Positions 57,626 to 64,000 of a DNA stretch of 64,000 nucleotides are shown in pieces. The stretch comes from Nitrospirota bacterium (GTDB taxonomy: Bacteria; Nitrospirota; Thermodesulfovibrionia; Thermodesulfovibrionales; Dissulfurispiraceae): the NCBI GenBank assembly GCA_963790025.1, contig CAWBMP010000002.1, positions 480,001-544,000 on the forward strand, written 5' to 3'. The position numbers were made by a program, and so were the translations under genes. How positions within the stretch are numbered: position 1 is the stretch's first letter; each line of letters opens with the position of its first letter. Under the pieces are notes generated by a model, which did no database searches, was not told the origin of the DNA, and worked only from the letters and a program-made list of their open reading frames with translations.

Positions 57626-59290
57626 TCAACACCCAGAGTCAGTTTGCTTCTGTGGAATGGCCCTTGAGTAAGCGATTGCAAAGCACAACCAAAATAAAAA
57701 GTTCAACCTATAGGTCATTAGTAGAGCAATGTCGAATATCTGCATCAGGAGCACCGCGCTTACAGATGTCAGGAGTATCGAATCAAAATCCTGCAATTTC
57801 CAGTAAACTGCTTTTCGTGCGAAACGGTGCAGGGAAACAATTAATACATATAAAAACAGGCATATGATCATCATTGTAAACGGCACACCTATTTCAGCAG
57901 CCAGCTGCAGAAAAATATCGTGAGCATGCGTGCCATATGCCCCATAAAGCCTCTGTGCGCACTCTTCCCTCACCATGCCCAGACCCCATCCCGTTAGAGG
58001 CCGTTCCCTCACAAGCTGCATAGCGCAGGAATATGTCTCCGCCCTGCCCCTGAGAAAATATCGATGGCCCGAATCCCAGAACCTGATCACTGACGGGGAA
58101 ATATCATTCTTGACAAATATAGCAGGCTCACCCCAATTGAACGACGTTATAAGCAATAATACAATTATGCAGCAGGCAACCGCCTTTAACAGCGCCATCG
58201 TTCTTTTATACGGAACAGAACAGAATAAGGCTGTCAGTATGACCGCCACCATTGCATTCCGGGAACCGGCGAATAGTATCAGGAGCAGGGAAAAAAACAG
58301 GCACGCGCCTGAAAAAATAATGCGGCCCCACCGCCATGAAACGGCCTTATCATAAGTTTTAATGTCCCTGATTTCCCTCAAAAGCAAACCTAATGAATCC
58401 ATGAGTATGACCGCCACCATTGCATGCCGCGAACGGAAGAACAGCAGCACGACCGCGGAAAAAAACAGACACGCGCCTGAAAAAATAATGCGGCCCCACC
58501 GCCATGAAACGGCCTTATCATAAGTTTTAATGTCCCTGATTTCCCTCAAAAGCAAACCTAATGAATCCATGAGTATGACCGCCACCATTGCATGCCGCGA
58601 ACGGAAGAACAGCAGCACGACCGCGGAAAAAAACAGACACGCGCCTGAAAAAATAATGCGGCCCCACCGCCATGAAACGGCCTTGTCATAAGTTTTAATG
58701 TCCCTGATTTCCCTCAAAAGCAAACCTAATGAAACAGTAAAAGCGATGACGAGGTAAATTGCGAAAATATTAGGATTGTAAAGCGTCGCGGAGAGCGGCA
58801 GGTTTGGCTCATAAGAGCCGACAAATATGTCAACTATCGGGACATTATTCATAACAAGCTGTACCGATCCGTGCCAATGGTAATATTTCTCCAGGACTCC
58901 TATCAGAAATTGTTGAGGGACAGTCATAAGCAATGCATACGAGAAATGCTCGCATTCGGAGTCAGAAAACGGAACTAGACTCATTACGTAAAAAAATATG
59001 AAGAGCGGCACATAACGGGTAAATGCTACGAAGCCGGGTGAGTATTGCTCAGGCAGCACCTTCTTGTGAAACATCCACAGCGATATGATTAATATGATAA
59101 GACCAATTGCAACTTTCTCCTTATCGAGTCTTATTTCCCGGAATTGCAAAAAAGTTGCCATGGCAGCGGCAGCATAAAACACTATGACAAGTAGAGGGCT
59201 GACAACAAAAAACAATGTCCCCAGGACCAGAAGGAATTCGCGGGATGAAACAGTGTCTTTAGTTATTGCAAAAGACTCAGTTTTTTTCAT
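57626..59290 (-). CDS. O-antigen ligase (WaaL/Wzy_C) family protein with an internal triplication
   Basis: YNPN, SR motif, R...RPLTGWGLG, HAHDIFLQLAAEIG. Confidence 0.82.
   Translation of the reverse strand: MKKTESFAITKDTVSSREFLLVLGTLFFVVSPLLVIVFYAAAAMATFLQFREIRLDKEKVAIGLIILIISLWMFHKKVLPEQYSPGFVAFTRYVPLFIFFYVMSLVPFSDSECEHFSYALLMTVPQQFLIGVLEKYYHWHGSVQLVMNNVPIVDIFVGSYEPNLPLSATLYNPNIFAIYLVIAFTVSLGLLLREIRDIKTYDKAVSWRWGRIIFSGACLFFSAVVLLFFRSRHAMVAVILMDSLGLLLREIRDIKTYDKAVSWRWGRIIFSGACLFFSAVVLLFFRSRHAMVAVILMDSLGLLLREIRDIKTYDKAVSWRWGRIIFSGACLFFSLLLILFAGSRNAMVAVILTALFCSVPYKRTMALLKAVACCIIVLLLITSFNWGEPAIFVKNDISPSVIRFWDSGHRYFLRGRAETYSCAMQLVRERPLTGWGLGMVREECAQRLYGAYGTHAHDIFLQLAAEIGVPFTMMIICLFLYVLIVSLHRFARKAVYWKLQDFDSILLTSVSAVLLMQIFDIALLMTYRLNFLFWLCFAIAYSRAIPQKQTDSGC
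58236..58733. repeat. ~3 x 168-bp (56-aa) intragenic tandem repeat
   Basis: CCGCCATGAAACGG recurs at 58331, 58499 and 58667 (period 168). Confidence 0.95.
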
Positions 59291-61199
59291 GATAGTGAGG
59301 AACGTATTTCCTCAGCATTTCTTTGACTGCGTGGCCATTGTCAAATTGGCTCCCATCAAGAAAAACCTTGAACACATCCAATATCCGTTCTACGCCTTCG
59401 ACGCTTTCGGTACTTGTATTTTTTGATATGAATATTTTCTCATGTTTGCTCGCCGATGTGCCTTCCTCAGCGGTGAGTATTTCTTCAAAAAGCTTTTCCC
59501 CAGGCCTGAGACCAATGAATTTTATGTCGATGTCCTTATACGGCTCCAGCCCGTGAATTCTGATCAGCTCTTCTGCAAGCTCCAGAATTTTGACCGGCTC
59601 GCCCATATCCAGCACAAGCACCTCGCCGCCCTTCCCAGTTACAGAAGCCTGCAGCACAAGAGAAACAGCTTCAGGTATTGTCATAAAATACCTTTGCATC
59701 TCTTTGTGTGTTACAGTAAGCGGGCCTCCATAGCGAAGCTGTTCGAGAAACAAAGGCAGGACACTTCCCCGGCTGCCAAGCACATTCCCGAATCTGACCG
59801 ATACAAACGCGGTCTTCCCCTGAGTATTGAAAGCCTTGCAGATATTTTCAGCCATCCTTTTCGTCGCACCCATTATGCTCGTCGGCAGTACCGCCTTGTC
59901 AGTGGAAATCATGATGAACTTCTTTACACCTGCGTTAATCGCGGCCCTGGCGACGGTATAAGTACCGAACATGTTTACCTTCACCGCCTCTTTCGGATTA
60001 TTCTCCATCATGGGCACATGCTTATATGCGGCAGCATGAAAAACGATCTCAGGATAAAATGCAGCCATAACTTCCCTGACCCTGCTTTCATCCTTTATGT
60101 CTCCTGCAATAAAATACGCTCTTTCTGTTAAATTCGGGAAATGCCTCTTCATTCCAAGCTGCATTGTATGCAGCGCCGTTTCGTCAATGTCGAAAAGAAT
60201 AATCTTCCGGGGGTAAAACGCGCATACCTGTCTGACGATCTCGGAGCCTATTGAGCCGCCGGCCCCGGTGACAAGAACTGTTTTATCATCCAAAAATTGC
60301 TCAATCTCCTGATAATCTATCGAAACAGCCTGGCGACCAATAAGATCTTCAACGCTTATCTCTTCAAGACTTCTCAGGTTTATATCAGGCTTATGGAAAT
60401 CGTAAATCCGGGGCACAATCTTGATTGCAGCCACTTTGGACTCTTTTGCCGCATTGTAGATATTCCTGAGACTCTTATGGTTCAAAGAAGGAATGGCTAT
60501 AATAACGGCCTCTGCATTATATCTTGCCACAGCCTTCTTCAGTTCATTGGTTGTACCGAATACCTTGACTCCATGCATGTAGGCCCCGACTTTAGCCATA
60601 TCGTCATCGAGCAATGCGACCGGGCAGAAATCTGAAAACCTCTGTTTGACCATGTCCCTCAATATTAATTCCCCTGTATTTCCGGCCCCGACTATAACAG
60701 TCCTCTTTCCATCACTCGAAAACCTTTTCTTGCCTATTACCTCATAAAAAAACCTTTTGGAAATCCTCAATGTCGAGAGGAGAAGGACCGATATGATCCC
60801 ATCGGTAAGAAAAATGCCCCTTGGAAAAGTAATCGTAAAGATCGGGGCTGCTAAATGCAAAACATGAGGCGCCGGAAACAGGATCATTGCCATAAGCACA
60901 GAACTGGAGACTACAACTGCACAGACAATATTAAAGAGATCATCAATGCTGACATATCTCCATGTAATCTTGTACATCCTGAATATGGAAAATGAAAGCA
61001 ATTTCATAATAAGAAACAAAGGCAGCACATTTAAAATCAGGTGCTTATATCCACTGCTCAGGACAAAATCAAAACGAAGCAAAAAGGAAATATATAGAGA
61101 AACCATAATGATCAAAATATCACCCAGCATGAAGAAGAAGAATCTCTTGAAATTGTTGGGCGCCAGAAGTCTTTGTAATGTATCACTCATTTTTGTCAA
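59277..61199 (-). CDS. Membrane-bound UDP-GlcNAc 4,6-dehydratase (PglF/CapD/WbpM family)
   Basis: Four TMs, VGAG, TGAGGSIGSE, HAAAYKHVP, STDKAV, MGATK, RFGNVLGSRGSV. Confidence 0.93.
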   Translation of the reverse strand: MTKMSDTLQRLLAPNNFKRFFFFMLGDILIIMVSLYISFLLRFDFVLSSGYKHLILNVLPLFLIMKLLSFSIFRMYKITWRYVSIDDLFNIVCAVVVSSSVLMAMILFPAPHVLHLAAPIFTITFPRGIFLTDGIISVLLLSTLRISKRFFYEVIGKKRFSSDGKRTVIVGAGNTGELILRDMVKQRFSDFCPVALLDDDMAKVGAYMHGVKVFGTTNELKKAVARYNAEAVIIAIPSLNHKSLRNIYNAAKESKVAAIKIVPRIYDFHKPDINLRSLEEISVEDLIGRQAVSIDYQEIEQFLDDKTVLVTGAGGSIGSEIVRQVCAFYPRKIILFDIDETALHTMQLGMKRHFPNLTERAYFIAGDIKDESRVREVMAAFYPEIVFHAAAYKHVPMMENNPKEAVKVNMFGTYTVARAAINAGVKKFIMISTDKAVLPTSIMGATKRMAENICKAFNTQGKTAFVSVRFGNVLGSRGSVLPLFLEQLRYGGPLTVTHKEMQRYFMTIPEAVSLVLQASVTGKGGEVLVLDMGEPVKILELAEELIRIHGLEPYKDIDIKFIGLRPGEKLFEEILTAEEGTSASKHEKIFISKNTSTESVEGVERILDVFKVFLDGSQFDNGHAVKEMLRKYVPHYHEKN

Positions 61200-61759
61200 T
61201 GCTGCACCCCCTCGCTGAGGGCGACTTTAAAAAAGGTCATCCATAAAATCTTGAGGTCAAACAGAAAAGACCTGTGCATGAGATAATAATAGTCATGCTC
61301 GACCTTCACTGGTATCGGCAGCTCGTCTCTGCCGTTTATCTGTGCCCACCCTGTAAGTCCGGGAGGTATTTTATGGATACCTTTATCAGTCCTGAGCGCA
61401 ATCAAATCATGCTGATTGAACAAGGCCGGCCTCGGCCCCACAAAACTCATATCGCCCCTGAGAATACTGAACAATTGCGGCAATTCATCCAGGCTTGTCT
61501 TCCTCAGCAGCTTACCTATCGGCGTTACGTACTGCCACGGGTTCTCAAGAAGATGAGTAGCCACAGGAGGCGTATTTATATTCATAGTGCGAAACTTCGG
61601 CATTTTAAAAATTCTATTATGCACCCCTGTTCTATCAGACCAGTAAAGGACCGGGCCCTTTGAAGTCAGTTTCACCGCCAATGCAATAATCGCAACAGGT
61701 ATCAGTAAAATGATCAAAAGGACCGAGGCAAGAATAATATCAAAAATCCTTTTAGACAA
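61196..61759 (-). CDS. Small bacterial sugar transferase (initiating phosphoglycosyltransferase)
   Basis: KRIFD, KFRTM, SLDELPQL, VGPRP, GLTGWAQINGR; probable TTG start at 61759. Confidence 0.88.
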   Translation of the reverse strand: MSKRIFDIILASVLLIILLIPVAIIALAVKLTSKGPVLYWSDRTGVHNRIFKMPKFRTMNINTPPVATHLLENPWQYVTPIGKLLRKTSLDELPQLFSILRGDMSFVGPRPALFNQHDLIALRTDKGIHKIPPGLTGWAQINGRDELPIPVKVEHDYYYLMHRSFLFDLKILWMTFFKVALSEGVQH

Positions 61760-62737
61760 CGTTATTTTCCAGGAAATCCGAAACCATCGCCTTAATGCCC
61801 ATATCAATAGTCTCCGGCGGCCGCCAGCACATAACTGTTCGAAACTTAGAGCTGTCAACAACCAAAGATCCCGTCAAACGCTCAAATACCGGCCTTAGAG
61901 AAGGAACCATTTTTGACGCAAGGCCAAAAACCGGTTCAGGAACATGCAGCAATCTTGGCTTCCGCCGCATTGCAGCCGCTATTTTCCGGATCAAATCCGG
62001 TGTCAGATGTCCTGACCGTCGCTAATAAGAAAAGTTTGGACAGACGTTTCGCCTCTTTGGGCTGCCAGAATAAGCGCGTCGGTCAGGTTCGCCAGACCGA
62101 TCAGGCTCCTCCTGTTGTGAATACTGCCAAACGGCAACGGCCAGCCTCTATTTATGTACCGCATCAGCTTCAAAATGTTTCCCTTGACCCCGGGGCCATA
62201 TATAAGAGGGGGTCTGAGAATAATAACATTAAGTCTCTCTTCTTCGGAAACCTTTTTCAAGACCTGTTCAGCCTCCCATTTGGAAACAGCATATGGGTCC
62301 ATGGGATTAGGTTCAGCCGACTCCCGAAACGGCCTTTCAAAAGTGATTTCGCCGTTAACTTTTACAGAACTGACATATACAAACCGGCATACCCCGGCTT
62401 GTGCCGCCATGCGTGCAAGACGCTCTGTCCCGGCAGCGTTCACCTTCCGGAAAGCATCGAGCGGATTGTCGGATGTTTCTTTCATTACATGAACGCGTGC
62501 GGCAAGGTGTACTACCGTGTCTATTCCGGAGAGCGCTCCGGACCAGTCGGTCTCTGCACTTATTTCAGCTACAGCCACTTTTTCGGACACCGGCACATCT
62601 GCCCCGTAATCGCGCACTGCCCCGCGCACGTGATAACCGAAAGCAACAAGGGCTTTACATAAAGCCCTGCCGACAAAACCGCTTGCGCCCGTCACCAAGA
62701 TTCGCCTATTTGAAGTATGCGCATCCATATGAACCAA
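61752..62737 (-). pseudogene. NAD-dependent epimerase/4-reductase (WbpV/WbpK-like), single frameshift
   Basis: TGASGFVG, HLAARVH, SSVKV, YAVSK. At ~62005 GAC ATC TG ACA CCG appears to lack one base (expected DIS-TPDLIRKIA), and the C-terminus continues in ORF 61752-61994. Confidence 0.8.
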
Positions 62738-63871
62738 TCAACCACTGCGGAGAAGGCCCTGCTCGTAAACTGCCATTGTTTCGGAGACGACCTTTTTTTC
62801 TGAAAACTCGTTAAGGACAATCTCACGGCCCCTGCCTCCCATTCTCATGCGTAACTCGTGATCAACTATCAGGTGTTCCAATGAAGAGGCAAGGGCTTCC
62901 GCGTCATATGGTGGGACAAGGAAACCGTTATCGCCGCCTCTGACGATTTCCCGGCATCCCGGCACATCAGTGGCAACAATAGGCCGCCCGCACGAGGCAG
63001 CCTCCAGAAGAACCTTGGGTAACCCCTCGCGATAGGATGGAAGGGTAATAACATGAGCCTGTGTATATATCTCCGGCATATGCTCACGGTGGCCCCACCA
63101 CTCGACAATACCACTCTTTTGCCAGCCATCCAGAACAGGGACCGGGATGGACGCCGGATTATCAGGGTCTGTCTTGCCGACCAGGACAAACCGGGCCTGG
63201 ATGCCCCGTGCCCGTATAAGTTTTGCCGCATCGACAAACTCACCAATGCCTTTGTCCCATAGCATTCGCGAGACAAGCATGACAACGGGAATGCCGGCCT
63301 GCTCAGGGATGCAGGCAAAACGCTCCGTATCGACCCCTGAGCCCCGGATGATGATGATCTGTTCCTTGTTGATAAGTCCTTTTTCGACAAACAATCTGTA
63401 ATCATCAGGATTCTGGAGAATCAGCCTGCTTCCCGGGGTGTTCAGAGCGACGCGCAGGAGTGGTTTGATCAGGGCCCGCAAGACAACAGCCGGCAATTCT
63501 GAAGATATAAAGACGTACCCCATACCCGCCAGGGCATTTACCGTTAAATGGATTTTTGTCAGTCGGGAGCAGATGGAACCGTAGAGGACAGGTTTCATGG
63601 CAACATGATGGACTATGTCAGGTCGTTCCTTCCTGTAGATGTCTAACAATTCAATGATGGACAGGAGTTCCCGAAACGGGTTCCTGCTTTTTCGCCGCAA
63701 CTGGATCGGAATCAGCTTAAACCCTTCCGTACGTATCAATTCCCCGTGGTCCTGTGTGTGTGTCGCAATAATCACTTCGAATCCGCTATCCCGGGCAGCG
63801 CGGGCAAGAGGCAGTCGATGAGACCAGAAATACCAGTCTTCAGTGATCAGGAACAAGATTTTCGGTCTCAT
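62738..63871 (-). CDS. GT4 glycosyltransferase (CapM-like)
   Basis: ITEDWYFWSHR, QNPDD, GSGVD, RMLWDKG, REGLPKVLLEA; ATG 63871. Confidence 0.9.
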   Translation of the reverse strand: MRPKILFLITEDWYFWSHRLPLARAARDSGFEVIIATHTQDHGELIRTEGFKLIPIQLRRKSRNPFRELLSIIELLDIYRKERPDIVHHVAMKPVLYGSICSRLTKIHLTVNALAGMGYVFISSELPAVVLRALIKPLLRVALNTPGSRLILQNPDDYRLFVEKGLINKEQIIIIRGSGVDTERFACIPEQAGIPVVMLVSRMLWDKGIGEFVDAAKLIRARGIQARFVLVGKTDPDNPASIPVPVLDGWQKSGIVEWWGHREHMPEIYTQAHVITLPSYREGLPKVLLEAASCGRPIVATDVPGCREIVRGGDNGFLVPPYDAEALASSLEHLIVDHELRMRMGGRGREIVLNEFSEKKVVSETMAVYEQGLLRSG

Positions 63872-64000
63872 TGTGCTTCCAGCCATTGCTGGAACATGAG
63901 GATCGTCCAAGATCATACTGCCAGTTTCTTTTTCCCGAAAGATGCTCCTGCCACTTCAGGCGTATAGTCTCCGGGTTAAAGAAACCTTCCCTCCTCAGAC
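63868..64000 (-). CDS. C-terminus of an asparagine-synthase-like amidotransferase (partial; 1-bp frameshift near 63909)
   Basis: REGFFNP...WQEHLSGKRNWQYD, then WTILMFQQWLEAQ* in the shifted frame; the stop overlaps the GT4 ATG. Confidence 0.7.

Noticed and set aside
58236..58733. CRISPR array
   Set aside because: 168-bp head-to-tail units without unique spacers, in frame within a CDS, and no cas genes.
62003..62005. Selenocysteine or stop read-through at the TGA in the epimerase
   Set aside because: Homology resumes in a different frame, so this is a one-base deletion rather than recoding.
63872..63916. N-terminal extension of the GT4 ORF
   Set aside because: This sequence is the 3' end of the upstream AsnB-like gene; the GT4 start fits ATG 63871 with an ATGA overlap.

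Overview
Bacterial chromosomal window. Gene order and repeat style suggest a Nitrospirota (Thermodesulfovibrionia-like) or deltaproteobacterial-type organism, which is an inference only. 1-19 kb is envelope housekeeping: waaA (partial), lpxB, gnnB/gnnA-like, sirC-like and bamD on the minus strand; a secreted FG-GAP protein, uppS-cdsA-dxr-rseP-rfaE2, beta-carbonic anhydrase, an unusual cytochrome c/CopD-like/cytochrome b5 protein, mfd and a TPR lipoprotein on the plus strand; then a cold-shock gene, tRNA-Cys and tRNA-Gly. 19.1-64 kb is one co-oriented minus-strand surface-glycan locus of at least 45 kb that runs off the right edge. It holds wbaP, rml genes, rhamnosyltransferases, a multidomain GT with a coiled coil, wzm/wzt, two YfhO-like GT-C proteins, a WaaL-like ligase, PglF/CapD and a second initiating transferase. 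Best candidates for new biology: (1) a nucleotide-sugar cassette whose enzyme families mirror the lincomycin GDP-octose pathway (LmbR/K/O/N/P/Z/L/M, with an SDR in place of the aminotransferase), flanked by a polyprenyl-P GT2, a flippase-like protein and GT-C genes, and partly decayed; (2) a Wzt ATPase lacking a C-terminal CBM but carrying an N-terminal, internally deleted copy of the neighbouring GT's first domain; (3) a second sugar module with a B12 radical SAM enzyme and a split transketolase. Several small palindromic or short-tandem repeats have entered coding sequences. All family assignments come from motif recognition by eye; no database search was run.
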